Positions 28,452 to 38,545 are shown, counted from the stretch's first letter. The stretch: 64,000 nucleotides of DNA from an uncultured Bacteroidota bacterium (GCA_903844815.1 CAIMVD010000267.1:19118-83117); one strand, 5' to 3'. Program-made: numbers and translations. Notes: generated from the letters alone by a model not told the origin.

Positions 28452-29147
28452 CTATCCTCTTTTTGCGATGATCTCAAGCTTGATGATGTCGACAATTTCA
28501 ATGGTTTTTCCAAAGACCCTGATAATATCTTCCTTCCTGAAATCGGACAGAGTCCTGATTACATTTGCTGTGCTCATGCCAATATAATCGGCTATTTCTT
28601 TACGGGAAACAGGAAGGTCAAAGACCCTTGAATTGTATATTTCATTTGTGAAATACAGGAGGACAAAAGCTACTCTTCCCACAAGGTTTTTCTGACGGAT
28701 ATCCAGAGTCTGGCGTATTATCTTGTCATTTATAGTGGAGATCTTTGAAAGCAGCCCCATGGCAAAACCACCGTTCTTCATAAAAAGTTCCTTTATGTAG
28801 TCAAGCTGAATCACGCAAACTCCGGAATCTTCAAGAGCCGAAACCGAATACTGGTAACGGTCTTCCGAAAATATGCTCATATTGCTTACAAACTCGAATG
28901 GCCTTGTAATTGTAATAATCTGCTCGTCACCGGAGGGTGTCCTTCTGTATAGTTTTACAAGTCCGCTATTCAGGTACTTGAAGCTGTTGATCTTTTCACC
29001 CTCGTGATTAATCACTTCCCCCTTCCGGTATACCTGTTCCTCTCGGTGCGTGCAAAGTTCTTCAATAGCCTCCTCATCAAGGAAAGCGAATACCACATCC
29101 TTTAAATCGCAACGAAAGCAGTTGCAGATATGTTTTTTATCATTCAC
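28452..29147 (-). CDS. Crp/Fnr family transcriptional regulator with N-terminal Cys cluster
   Basis: 231 aa. cNMP-binding-like beta-roll, and a C-terminal HTH (RKEIADYIGMSTANVIRTLSDF). The N-terminus has C8-x-C10-x2-C13, plus C32 and C111. Confidence 0.8.
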   Translation of the reverse strand: MNDKKHICNCFRCDLKDVVFAFLDEEAIEELCTHREEQVYRKGEVINHEGEKINSFKYLNSGLVKLYRRTPSGDEQIITITRPFEFVSNMSIFSEDRYQYSVSALEDSGVCVIQLDYIKELFMKNGGFAMGLLSKISTINDKIIRQTLDIRQKNLVGRVAFVLLYFTNEIYNSRVFDLPVSRKEIADYIGMSTANVIRTLSDFRKEDIIRVFGKTIEIVDIIKLEIIAKRG

Positions 29148-29268
29148 GTCAGGCTGTTTTTACAAAATTACCATTTTCCTGATCAAATTGTCATTTCCCG
29201 ACTTGTTTTATTGGCAAAATAAGGCCTAATTTGAAAACCATTTAAAAATTTTGGATTTTTTCCGCAAA

Positions 29269-30054
29269 ATGATCTACAGAACCGACTATCATATGCACTC
29301 TGTTTACAGCGACGGACGGTCAGTGCCCGAGGATTATGTTACATCGGCCCTCGCGGCAGGGATGAACGAGATAGGATTCTCGGAACACCTTACCCTCTTC
29401 AGGGATCCGGAATCCTGGAATATGAATCCGTCTAAAATACCTTTATATCTTGATCACCTCGATAAACTAAGAAACAGTACCGAAGGTATCATAGTTAAAA
29501 AAGGTTTGGAGGTCGATTATTTTGAAGGAAAGGAAAAACAGACCAGGGATTTCCTGTCGCCTCTTCCCCTGGATTATGTAATAGGCTCTGTTCATTACCA
29601 GGGAGAAAGGACAGTCGATTTCGGTCCCGAATTTTATGAGGGTAAGAACATTGACAGCCTTTTTGAGAACTATTTCGATACTGTATGTGCAGCGGTATCT
29701 TCAGGTTTGTTTGATATTATCGGACATTGCGATCTGATAAGGATTTATGGGTATCGGCCTGAATCCGATCCCGAACCACATTACAGGAAGCTTGCAAGGA
29801 TTATGAAGGAATACGATGTTGTTTTCGAGATAAACACTAATGGCAGGAACAGGCCCCTTGCAGATTTTTACCCCGACCGAAAGTACCTGCATATTTTCAG
29901 GGAAGAGAAGGTACCTGTCTGCGTTAATTCTGATGCGCACATGCCATCAAGGATCGGACAGTATTTCGACGAAGCTTATGATCTGTTACGCTATGTAGGG
30001 TTTACCGAAATGGCTGTCTTCGAAAACAGAGTCCGTAGAATGGTCCATTTCTGA
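29269..30054 (+). CDS. histidinol-phosphatase HisJ-family PHP domain protein
   Basis: MIYRTDYHMHS start with the PHP HxH motif. Further metal ligands are EH, GSVHY, GHCD and NSDAH. The ORF track begins at TTG 29251. Confidence 0.7.
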   Translation: MIYRTDYHMHSVYSDGRSVPEDYVTSALAAGMNEIGFSEHLTLFRDPESWNMNPSKIPLYLDHLDKLRNSTEGIIVKKGLEVDYFEGKEKQTRDFLSPLPLDYVIGSVHYQGERTVDFGPEFYEGKNIDSLFENYFDTVCAAVSSGLFDIIGHCDLIRIYGYRPESDPEPHYRKLARIMKEYDVVFEINTNGRNRPLADFYPDRKYLHIFREEKVPVCVNSDAHMPSRIGQYFDEAYDLLRYVGFTEMAVFENRVRRMVHF

Positions 30055-30175
30055 TTATTTTCCCCTGAATAATAAGTGAACTTTCAAGGGTACTATGGTT
30101 TCACGACACCATTGTGCCTGAATGGCTTCATTGGTGAGGAGAAAAATCATTTTGAGTTTAGGAAAGTCATTATGA

Positions 30176-30742
30176 TCATGATCCTTTGAGCAGATGTTCT
30201 GCGAAAATCTTAATACCAATTGAAACAAGTATAAGCCCTCCCAGAATTTCAACTTTGTTACCAAGCCTTTCGCCAGCCGATTTTCCTATTCTTATGGCTG
30301 TCATTGATGCAAGAAAAGTAACTGCCCCTATAAGGATACCGGCTCTCCAGATCATTACTTCAAGAATTGCAAAGCTTATCCCTACGGCAAAGGCATCAAT
30401 GCTTGTCCCCAATGCAATAGTAACCATTACAATCATGCTGCTGTAATCCTTTGTCCCCGTATCTTCCCCTTTGCGAAGGCCTTCAACAATCATCTTTATG
30501 CCAAGGAAACCCAGAAGACCGAGAGCTATCCAGTGATCGGCGGCTTTTAGTTCATTCGAGATAATTGAACCAAGGAAATATCCGGCTACTGTCAATCCTC
30601 CCTGAAAAAGAGCAAGGAGCATTGCAACCCGTGTTGCCTGTCGAAAGAGAATACCGTTGCGTATAACTCCGATGGATAATGAAACGGCGAATGTGTCGAA
30701 TGACAAGCCAAGTGCTATTGCGATTATTGTTATCAGATCCAT
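30176..30742 (-). CDS. mntP: manganese efflux pump MntP
   Basis: 188 aa with six TM helices. Duplicated DxFAV motifs (SFDTFAVSLS and SIDAFAVGIS), typical of MntP/YebN. Confidence 0.8.
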   Translation of the reverse strand: MDLITIIAIALGLSFDTFAVSLSIGVIRNGILFRQATRVAMLLALFQGGLTVAGYFLGSIISNELKAADHWIALGLLGFLGIKMIVEGLRKGEDTGTKDYSSMIVMVTIALGTSIDAFAVGISFAILEVMIWRAGILIGAVTFLASMTAIRIGKSAGERLGNKVEILGGLILVSIGIKIFAEHLLKGS

Positions 30743-30807
30743 TCTTATTCTTTATGCGTGACAAAGATAATTAAAATCACAGCCGGAAATCTTACCCGAT
30801 TGTTACA

Positions 30808-30815
30808 TATATTTG
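30808..30815 (+). promoter_or_regulatory. Bacteroidota -7 box (TAnnTTTG)
   Basis: TATATTTG, 19 nt upstream of the dtd ATG at 30835. Confidence 0.45.
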
Positions 30816-30834
30816 AGAATAAAAAAGTATTGAA

Positions 30835-31287
30835 ATGAGAGCAGTTATTCAGCGGGTAACCAGGGCTACGGTGACGATCGGCGGAATTGTGAAATCGGCT
30901 ATAGATAACGGTCTGCTTGTACTTGTGGGTATTGAAGAATCTGACAATGAAACTGATCTGGAGTGGCTCTGCAAAAAGATCGTACAGCTGAGAATTTTCA
31001 GCGACAGTGACGGGGTAATGAATCTTTCAGTACTGGAGACCGGAGGAAGCATTCTGGCTGTCAGCCAGTTCACGCTTCATGCAAAAACAAAAAAGGGCAA
31101 CCGGCCATCATATATACGTGCTGCACAGCCTGAAATTGCTATTCCGTTGTATAACAGATTTGTTACAAGGCTGGCTGAGCTGACCGGCAGGGAGACTGTA
31201 ACAGGTGAATTTGGCGCCATGATGCATGTTGAACTCGTAAATGATGGGCCTGTTACTATTATAATTGATACTAAAAATAAGGAATAA
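30835..31287 (+). CDS. dtd: D-aminoacyl-tRNA deacylase
   Basis: 150 aa. MRAVIQRV start, SQFTLHA, and the C-terminal NDGPVTI motif. Confidence 0.9.
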   Translation: MRAVIQRVTRATVTIGGIVKSAIDNGLLVLVGIEESDNETDLEWLCKKIVQLRIFSDSDGVMNLSVLETGGSILAVSQFTLHAKTKKGNRPSYIRAAQPEIAIPLYNRFVTRLAELTGRETVTGEFGAMMHVELVNDGPVTIIIDTKNKE

Positions 31288-31290
31288 AAG

Positions 31291-32694
31291 ATGTCCACTG
31301 ACACTTCAAAAGAAAAGGCGCATAAACAAACAGTTTTGTTTGTAGCGACATTTGCAGCATTTCTGACCCCATTCCTGGGTTCGGCAGTTAATCTTGCTCT
31401 GCCTTCGATAGGCAGGGATCTTAATGCAAATGCAATAAGCCTTGGATGGGTTATAAGCAGTTTTTTGTTGTCGTCGGCGGTCTTCCTTCTTCCCTTTGGC
31501 AGAATAGCTGACATAGTGGGAAGGAAGAAAGTTTTTTCCGCAGGTATTTTCCTGTTTACAATTTCGACCTTCCTCATAGTATTTTCCCATAGTGTGACCT
31601 CTCTCATAACTTTAAGGGTAGCACAGGGAATGGCGAGCGCAATGATCTTCGGAACAAGCCTTGCAATAATAACCTCTGTATTTCAGCCTGGTGAAAGAGG
31701 CAAGGCAATGGGCATCAATATTACAGCTGTATATCTCGGCCTCTCACTAGGCCCGGTTATCGGCGGATTGCTCACACAGTATTTCGGATGGAGAAGCATA
31801 TTTGCATTTCTTGTTCCCTTCGGTATCATATCACTAATACTTATAAAAACCAAGATAAAGACCGAATGGGCCGATGCTGCGGGCGAACGGTTCGACTGGC
31901 CCGGTTCTCTGATTTACGGGGCTGCGCTATCATCTTTTATGTATGGTTTCTCAAAACTTCCCTCAACGCAGGGCTGGATCTTTCTGAGTGTCGGCGTTGT
32001 TCTTGCCGTAGTGTTCATTATTGTGGAAGAAAAAACTTCAACGCCCGTTTTTGATGTGCACCTTATTCTGCGAAACAGGGTCTTCGCCTTTTCCGGAATG
32101 GCAGCTCTTATTAATTATTCTGCAACAAGCGCAACCGGTTTTTTTATCAGCCTTTATCTTCAATACCTGAAAGGTTTCGACGCCCGGACTGCAGGGCTGA
32201 TAATGATATCTCAACCGATTGCCATGACGCTTCTGTCACCATTGGCAGGGAAACTATCCGACAGGATGAATCCCGGAATCATTGCCTCAATAGGCATGGG
32301 TATAACAGCAGCAGGACTCGTTCTGTTATGTTTTATTACAAGTTCAACTCCTGATTATCTTATAGTAATGCTACTGGTTCTGATGGGTATCGGTTTCGGA
32401 TTGTTCTCCTCACCAAATTCGAATGCAATAATGAGCTCAGTTGAAAAACGTCATCTGGGAGTGGCTTCTGGAGTAGTGGGTACAATGAGGATGGTTGGCC
32501 AGATGATGAGCATGGGAATAGCCATGATGCTCATCTCCCTGTTTCTCGGACAGAAGAGTATAACCCCCGAAACCTATCCCGGGCTTGTTTCGGCCATGCA
32601 TACGGGTTTCATCATCTTTTCAGTTCTGTCAGTATTGGGTATATTTGCCTCAATGGCACGCAATAAGAAGCTTGGGAACAAAACCGGAAAATAA
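31291..32694 (+). CDS. MFS transporter (14-TM DHA2/EmrB-like)
   Basis: 467 aa. GRIADIVGRKKVF loop motif and about 14 hydrophobic segments. Confidence 0.8.
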   Translation: MSTDTSKEKAHKQTVLFVATFAAFLTPFLGSAVNLALPSIGRDLNANAISLGWVISSFLLSSAVFLLPFGRIADIVGRKKVFSAGIFLFTISTFLIVFSHSVTSLITLRVAQGMASAMIFGTSLAIITSVFQPGERGKAMGINITAVYLGLSLGPVIGGLLTQYFGWRSIFAFLVPFGIISLILIKTKIKTEWADAAGERFDWPGSLIYGAALSSFMYGFSKLPSTQGWIFLSVGVVLAVVFIIVEEKTSTPVFDVHLILRNRVFAFSGMAALINYSATSATGFFISLYLQYLKGFDARTAGLIMISQPIAMTLLSPLAGKLSDRMNPGIIASIGMGITAAGLVLLCFITSSTPDYLIVMLLVLMGIGFGLFSSPNSNAIMSSVEKRHLGVASGVVGTMRMVGQMMSMGIAMMLISLFLGQKSITPETYPGLVSAMHTGFIIFSVLSVLGIFASMARNKKLGNKTGK

Positions 32695-32867
32695 GTGATA
32701 AAGGCGTTTGACAATCTATCTTTTACCGACATTGCAGAAAAATTCCTGTCGGTTTGCATTAAAATTCCTTCACCATTTCCGGGGGAATTTTTTACACAAC
32801 TTAAAATAGTCAGTAAACCAATTATGAAAACAAAAAGTCTTATATTGAACCCGTTCTTTTTTATCAT
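32695..32867 (-). pseudogene. possible 5' remnant of a DUF4440/SnoaL-like lipoprotein gene
   Basis: Minus-strand ORF 32574..32867 opens with lipoprotein signal LLTILSC and then TDRNFSAMSVKDRLSNAFITY, which is like the N-terminus of NTF2-like DUF4440 proteins. It then runs antisense into the MFS gene with no further resemblance. Confidence 0.3.
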
Positions 32868-32902
32868 AGTACCGTTATTTATTTAACATTATAACCTTAA
32901 TT

Positions 32903-33775
32903 ATGACAAAATTATATCAAAAGCTGATCAAATCGTGTCCCTCAGAGGCTGAAATTAAAAAGGGGCTTAAGAAGGTGGCTTCCATTTCGAATGGAGTTCC
33001 TGATAAACATCTGCTTATGAATATTTTAAGTGTAATCGATCTAACGAGTCTTAACGTTACTGACAACCGGAGCCATATCATACATTTTACAGGCAAGGTA
33101 AACAGTTTTTCGGGACGATTTAGCAATATACCAAATGTCGCCGCAATTTGTGTGTTTCCGAATCTTGTTTCGGTAGTGAAGGAGAAACTCTCAACCCGTA
33201 ATGTAAAGATAGCATCGGTTGCAGGATCATTTCCCACTTCCCAGACTTTCAGGAGCATCAAAGTAATGGAATGCAAGATGGCAGTTGAAGCCGGAGCAGA
33301 CGAAATTGACATTGTGATACCTGTAGGCGCCTTTCTTGGCAACGATTTTGCCATGGTTGCCGATGAAATCAGGGAGATTAAGAAAGCTATCGGTGAGAAA
33401 CAACTAAAGGTAATCGTTGAGTCAGGACTTTTAAATGATTACGAGCAGATTTTCAAGGCTTCGATGATCGCCATGGATGCGGGAGCCGATTTTATAAAAA
33501 CATCTACAGGGAAGACACCGGTATCGGCAACACCTGAAGCCGCATATGTGATGTGCCGGGCCATATCCGATTTCTATTCAGAGACAGGAATAAAAGTAGG
33601 GTTTAAAGCAGCTGGAGGAATTTCAACTTCCGCGGATGCCATCGGCTATTTTAACATAGTAGGACATTGCCTGGGTGCTGAATGGCAGGGCAGCAATCTT
33701 TTCCGGATCGGAGCAAGCAGCCTTGCAAACAATATTCTTTCAGAGATTTCGGGTGGTTGCGGCAGTCATTTCTGA
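32903..33775 (+). CDS. deoC: deoxyribose-phosphate aldolase (long form)
   Basis: 290 aa. DLTSLN, ADEIDIVIP, and the Schiff-base lysine context ADFIKTSTGK. Confidence 0.8.
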   Translation: MTKLYQKLIKSCPSEAEIKKGLKKVASISNGVPDKHLLMNILSVIDLTSLNVTDNRSHIIHFTGKVNSFSGRFSNIPNVAAICVFPNLVSVVKEKLSTRNVKIASVAGSFPTSQTFRSIKVMECKMAVEAGADEIDIVIPVGAFLGNDFAMVADEIREIKKAIGEKQLKVIVESGLLNDYEQIFKASMIAMDAGADFIKTSTGKTPVSATPEAAYVMCRAISDFYSETGIKVGFKAAGGISTSADAIGYFNIVGHCLGAEWQGSNLFRIGASSLANNILSEISGGCGSHF

Positions 33776-33815
33776 TTGCCTCTTCTATTTTGTTCCTAAC
33801 TCTTGTTTTTTCAAT

Positions 33816-33823
33816 TACTTTTG
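33816..33823 (+). promoter_or_regulatory. Bacteroidota -7 box (TAnnTTTG)
   Basis: TACTTTTG, 21 nt upstream of ATG 33845. Confidence 0.45.
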
Positions 33824-33844
33824 CGGTTTGAAACCACAAAAATT

Positions 33845-34894
33845 ATGATCGCTTTTTATTCAGTGGCACAGCAGGATACTCTTCGTGGGCAGACTCAGGT
33901 ATTGTCTGACTCCGCCCGGCAAAAGAAGCTCTCCCCCACATTGAATAAGAAAGTAGTTTCAGATTCCACCGCTAAAATCATGAGACAGGACTACCGGTCA
34001 ACTGTCAGATTCACTCTAAACACAGCTTCTCAGCCAATCCTTCCTTCCGATACAACATCTGTTTGCCAGAGAAACCCTGTCGCAGATATTTCATTTTACT
34101 TTCCCGATAATATTGTAAGCAGCGGGAAACTGGATCCTATCAACAGGTTTCCTTTTGAGTTCACTGAAAAGAACCGCAAGACCGAAGCTGTTAAAATGGA
34201 AATTCTTTTAAAACAGCTTAAACCGGGGCAGAACTTACAAGTGAGGGTAATGCATGACGACTGGGTTGTAATCATTTTGGCCATTGCCTTCTTTGTCTTT
34301 TCGCTGGTCAGATCCACTTCCAAAAGTTTAATGCCCGACGTCAGAAGGTTTTTTCTTTTCCGTTCTGTGAGCGACCCGTCAAAAAGAAAAGTCTCTGGTC
34401 TGGCTCAATGGCAATCGATACTTCTTAATCTGGATTCCTTTTTTATTATCAGCCTTTTCATTTATTGTTTCGCTTCTTTTAATCAGATCCTGCCTTCTGG
34501 TTTCAGCAGAATTCTTATCTGGCTGATTTTGCTTTCAGTAATAATTCTGGCCGCGGGAATACGTTATACTTTATGCAAAATGACCGGTAAAATGAGTGGA
34601 ACCACGGATCTTTTTCGTGAATATCTCTTTGGTGTTTATCAGTTTTACAGATTCAGCGCGCTGTTTCTTTATCTCCTCATCCTGCTAATCTGTTATACGC
34701 TCTTCTTCCCACCCAGTGCAGGTTTCGTTGCCGGAACAATCATCCTGGGGATATTGTACACCGTGAGGATAATCAGACTATTTATAATTTTTCTAAACAG
34801 TAATATTTCAATATTCTATTTGATTTTATACCTTTGTACCCTTGAAATTTTGCCCGTTTTGATAATTGCAAAATATGTTTCAGGTCTTGTATAG
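33845..34894 (+). CDS. DUF4271-like polytopic membrane protein
   Basis: The C-terminal half has about 6 TM helices. Its position immediately upstream of hemD-rnpA matches the conserved Bacteroidota arrangement. The ORF track begins at 33803, but ATG 33845 fits the promoter box. Confidence 0.55.
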   Translation: MIAFYSVAQQDTLRGQTQVLSDSARQKKLSPTLNKKVVSDSTAKIMRQDYRSTVRFTLNTASQPILPSDTTSVCQRNPVADISFYFPDNIVSSGKLDPINRFPFEFTEKNRKTEAVKMEILLKQLKPGQNLQVRVMHDDWVVIILAIAFFVFSLVRSTSKSLMPDVRRFFLFRSVSDPSKRKVSGLAQWQSILLNLDSFFIISLFIYCFASFNQILPSGFSRILIWLILLSVIILAAGIRYTLCKMTGKMSGTTDLFREYLFGVYQFYRFSALFLYLLILLICYTLFFPPSAGFVAGTIILGILYTVRIIRLFIIFLNSNISIFYLILYLCTLEILPVLIIAKYVSGLV

Positions 34895-34939
34895 ATTGGC
34901 GAGAGTTACTATGAGGGAATAATTTTAAACTGTAAAGAG

Positions 34940-35692
34940 TTGAAGATAAGGAAGATATTAGTATCCCAGCCAGAACCGTCGAATCCGAAATCACCATATT
35001 TCGAACTGGCAAGAAAATACAATCTGAAGATTGATTTTAAACCTTTTATCCAGGTTGAAGGTGTTTCCTCAAAGGATTTCCGACAGCAGAAAATCAATAT
35101 ACTTGACTTTTCCGCGGTGATCTTTACAAGCAAGACCGGAATCGATCATTTTTTCAGAATATGCAATGAACTCAGGGCCGTAGTTCCTGATACTATGAAA
35201 TATTTCTGCATAACTGAAAATGTTGCATTTTATCTTCAGAAATACATTGTTTACAGAAAGAGAAAGATTTTTCATGGCAAGGCCAAATTCCAGGATCTTA
35301 TTGATATTATAGCAAAGCACCGGGAGGACAATTTCTTTGTGCCCCTTTCGGAGCCGCATAATGCTGAAATACCTGATATCCTTGATAAAAACGGCATCAA
35401 ATATACAATTGGCACACTCTACAAGACTATCAGCACCGATTTCTCCAACATAAAGGATTTCGATTATGACATTCTTGTCTTCTACAGCCCTTCGGGGATA
35501 AAGTCGCTGAAAGAGAATTTCCCGGATTTCAACCAGGGAGATGTCAAGATTGCCGCTTTCGGGCCAACAACTGCCTCTGCAGTAGTAAACGAAGGACTCC
35601 GGCTCGATATCGACGCTCCGAATCCCAAGGCTCCTTCAATGACGATGGCCCTCGATGACTTCCTGAAAGAACACAACAGGAATTTGAAGTAG
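34940..35692 (+). CDS. hemD: uroporphyrinogen-III synthase
   Basis: 250 aa with a TTG start. The MKIRKILVSQPEPSNPKSPYFELARKYNLKIDFKPFIQVE N-terminus is typical of Bacteroidota HemD. Confidence 0.7.
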   Translation: MKIRKILVSQPEPSNPKSPYFELARKYNLKIDFKPFIQVEGVSSKDFRQQKINILDFSAVIFTSKTGIDHFFRICNELRAVVPDTMKYFCITENVAFYLQKYIVYRKRKIFHGKAKFQDLIDIIAKHREDNFFVPLSEPHNAEIPDILDKNGIKYTIGTLYKTISTDFSNIKDFDYDILVFYSPSGIKSLKENFPDFNQGDVKIAAFGPTTASAVVNEGLRLDIDAPNPKAPSMTMALDDFLKEHNRNLK

Positions 35693-35766
35693 TTTTTGCA
35701 TTGGTTGTTTAAACTGAGATCCCATGCACTTTGCATTATCAGGATTTTAAGATATGCTTTTTGCTG

Positions 35767-36192
35767 ATGGATATCAAAGGAGAAAAATTTGACAAGTCGG
35801 AAAGACTCTGCAGCGCAAAGGTCATATCAGCGCTGTTCGAAACCGGAAACCAGTTTCATACTTCTCATTTTAAGATAGTCTGGGACTTTAATCAGTCTGG
35901 CATTTCTGCTCCGGTGCAGGTTATGTTCAGCGTACCCAAAAGAGGCTTCAGGCATGCCGTTACACGCAATCTTATAAAAAGGAGACTGAGAGAAGCTTAC
36001 AGAAGAAACAAAAAAGTCCTCTATGAAGATCTCTCTATTAATAATATTCAGATTAGTCTTGTGATCATAATGAAGGGCAATTCGGTTCCGGATTATACAA
36101 CAATTGAAAAATCCATAAAGGAGATCCTTAGCAAACTAAGCATTAAGGTAAGGGAAAAACAATCCGGACGCAAATTTGGTGAGATTGTATAA
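35767..36192 (+). CDS. rnpA: ribonuclease P protein component
   Basis: KSERLCSAKVISALFETGNQF and the RNR-like basic motif HAVTRNLIKRRLREAYR. Start chosen at the internal ATG (MDIKGEK). The ORF begins at 35731. Confidence 0.7.
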   Translation: MDIKGEKFDKSERLCSAKVISALFETGNQFHTSHFKIVWDFNQSGISAPVQVMFSVPKRGFRHAVTRNLIKRRLREAYRRNKKVLYEDLSINNIQISLVIIMKGNSVPDYTTIEKSIKEILSKLSIKVREKQSGRKFGEIV

Positions 36193-36358
36193 CACTTTCA
36201 GATGAAATTATTACAAGGCTAAATATCAATTAATTAAAGACATCTTATTGTTAAAATATTTTAGCAGGAACATTAAAGTTGTTTTAATTGTTTCTTAATC
36301 AAAGGGGTTCACGGATTTTATTTTTTAATTTCGCCAATCTTAATTTAGGTTTAAGTTT

Positions 36359-38077
36359 ATGAAAAAGACAGGCATAGGGAAAATCACAATAGTTATCACT
36401 CTGGTTCTGCTGCTGGCAGTCACTTCAGGGTTTCTCATTAACCAGGAGACACGCGATTTCAGAATTGCAAAAAATCTTGATATTTTCTATTCTCTGTTCA
36501 GGGAGTTAAACACCTTTTACGTAGATGACATTGACCCTGACAAAACTGTAAAGGCAGGTATCGACAATATGCTTAAAACCCTCGATCCCTATACTGTATA
36601 TTATCCCGAATCAGATGTGGATGAGTTTACGTTCATGACCACGGGTAAATATGGCGGGATAGGTTCTCTCATCAGAAGCAATGGCGAATATGTGGTTATT
36701 AGCGAAGTATATAAAGGATTTCCGGCCGATCAGGCAGGGATTAGGCCTGGCGATATCCTTAAAAAGGTTGACGGGGCATCCCTAAAAGGATATACCTCCG
36801 ATAAAGTTAGCGATAAACTAAAGGGAAATCCTGGTACCGAGCTCTCTCTTACAATTGAAAGGAAAGGAAAGGAAAACGATTACAAGCTGAAAAGGGAAAA
36901 GATCGCAGTGCCTCCTGTTCCATACTACGGAATGATCGACTCAAAAACCGGATATATCCGTTTTACAAATTTTACCCAGAACTGCATAGAGGATGTAAGG
37001 AATGCCCTTATCAAGCTGAAAGCCAGCAACCCGGAACAGATAATACTCGACCTCAGGGGAAACCCGGGCGGCCTGCTTACCGAAGCAGTTGAAATTGTAA
37101 ACCTTTTTGTTGGCCCCGGAAATGACGTCGTATCAACAAAAGGCAAGGTAAAACAGTTTGACGAGAGTTTCAAGACTACCAGGGATGCAGTCGATGAAAA
37201 AATTCCCCTGGCAGTAATAATAAACAGAGGCTCAGCTTCTGCCTCTGAAATTGTGGCCGGAGCCATTCAGGATCTCGACAGGGGCGTAATAATCGGACAG
37301 CGTTCCTATGGCAAGGGGCTTGTGCAAATCACCAGACCATTGAGCTATAATACACAGCTTAAAGTGACAACGGCAAAATATTACATCCCCAGCGGAAGAT
37401 GCATACAGGCCCGCAACTTCTCGCACCCAAATGAAGACGGTAGTGTTGGCATGATTCCAGACTCGCTGATCTCTGAATTCAAGACCAAAAATGGAAGGAC
37501 TGTCAAAGACGGCGGAGGTATCGCACCCGATGTGGAAGACATACCAGAAACACTCAGCCAGATTGCGGGAGAACTTTATCTTCGTAATTACATCTTTGAC
37601 TACGCGACCAGCTATTTCTGGAATCATCAGGAGATCAAATCCCCTGAACAATTCACCTATACCGATAAGGATTACGAGGAATTCAAGGCATTGCTTATAA
37701 AACGCAATTTCAGCTATAAAACTGTAACTGAAGAATCGCTCGGGGAACTCGTTTCAAATGCCAAAAAGGAAAAATATTACGACATGCACAAAGATCTCTT
37801 TACGGCACTTGAAAAGGACCTTGCCCATAGCCTTGACGAAGATCTGAAAATTAACTATAAAGAAATAACCGATCTGATTAGTGATGAAATTATTAGCAGA
37901 TATTTCTATGAGGCCGGCGCTATTGAATGGACACTGAAGGACGACGAACAGGTAGCAAAGGCGGTTGAGGTTCTTAACAATAAAAGCCTTTACAGCTCAA
38001 TTCTGAAAGGGGAAGCCGGTTCAGTACTCGTCGCCGGAAAGAACAAACAGAAAAGTGCAGGAGTGAATATGCAATAA
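36359..38077 (+). CDS. S41 family C-terminal processing peptidase (PDZ-containing)
   Basis: 572 aa. PDZ region GFPADQAGIRPGDILKKVDG, catalytic Ser context GSASASEIVAGA, and DLRGNPGG. Confidence 0.85.
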   Translation: MKKTGIGKITIVITLVLLLAVTSGFLINQETRDFRIAKNLDIFYSLFRELNTFYVDDIDPDKTVKAGIDNMLKTLDPYTVYYPESDVDEFTFMTTGKYGGIGSLIRSNGEYVVISEVYKGFPADQAGIRPGDILKKVDGASLKGYTSDKVSDKLKGNPGTELSLTIERKGKENDYKLKREKIAVPPVPYYGMIDSKTGYIRFTNFTQNCIEDVRNALIKLKASNPEQIILDLRGNPGGLLTEAVEIVNLFVGPGNDVVSTKGKVKQFDESFKTTRDAVDEKIPLAVIINRGSASASEIVAGAIQDLDRGVIIGQRSYGKGLVQITRPLSYNTQLKVTTAKYYIPSGRCIQARNFSHPNEDGSVGMIPDSLISEFKTKNGRTVKDGGGIAPDVEDIPETLSQIAGELYLRNYIFDYATSYFWNHQEIKSPEQFTYTDKDYEEFKALLIKRNFSYKTVTEESLGELVSNAKKEKYYDMHKDLFTALEKDLAHSLDEDLKINYKEITDLISDEIISRYFYEAGAIEWTLKDDEQVAKAVEVLNNKSLYSSILKGEAGSVLVAGKNKQKSAGVNMQ

Positions 38078-38116
38078 TGTACCCGTTTTCGTATTGAAGT
38101 AATTAAGAATCGCTTA

Positions 38117-38545
38117 TTACTGCCGTTTCCATTCATGTGAATCGTTATCATATAACTCCCTTTTCCATACAGGGAGTTTTTCCTTGATAAGCTCTACAGT
38201 CATGCTGCAGGCATCTATCGCCTGCCGGCGATGGCCTGCTTCAACAAGTACAAAAAGAGAGATCTCCCCTGCTTTTACATTACCTATGGAATGGAAGAGC
38301 TTCACTGATCTCACATCAGAGAATTCCAGCATGATGTCCTCTTTTATACTAGCCGCAACCGAATTAACCATTTCTTCATAGGCCGAATAATCAATGGCAA
38401 CAACTGTTTTTGAATCCGTCTTATCGGCTCTTACTCTTCCTATGAAAACAGAAATACCTCCTGAATCGTTCTTTTCGTCACAGAAACTTATCTGTCTGGT
38501 TATTAATTCAGGATTGACCGGGCCATTTACAAGATAATCTGACAT
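38117..38545 (-). CDS. moaE: molybdopterin synthase catalytic subunit MoaE
   Basis: 142 aa. FIGRVR, YSAYEEM, LFVLVEAGHRRQAIDAC, KEKLPVWKRE. Confidence 0.85.
   Translation of the reverse strand: MSDYLVNGPVNPELITRQISFCDEKNDSGGISVFIGRVRADKTDSKTVVAIDYSAYEEMVNSVAASIKEDIMLEFSDVRSVKLFHSIGNVKAGEISLFVLVEAGHRRQAIDACSMTVELIKEKLPVWKRELYDNDSHEWKRQ

Noticed and set aside
30743-30834. A manganese (yybP-ykoY) riboswitch was expected upstream of mntP.
   Set aside because: Only 92 nt separate mntP from the divergent dtd, and this stretch also holds the dtd promoter box. I could not find the conserved GC-rich four-way-junction sequences.
31077-31607. Long antisense ORFs: 176 aa here, and also 24022..24483, 32917..33354, 37232..37651, 52659..53048, 62218..62610 and 63..359.
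   Set aside because: Each lies entirely opposite a strongly supported gene with clear family motifs. Their translations are low-complexity or Ser/Arg/Pro-rich with no motifs. They are typical shadow ORFs.
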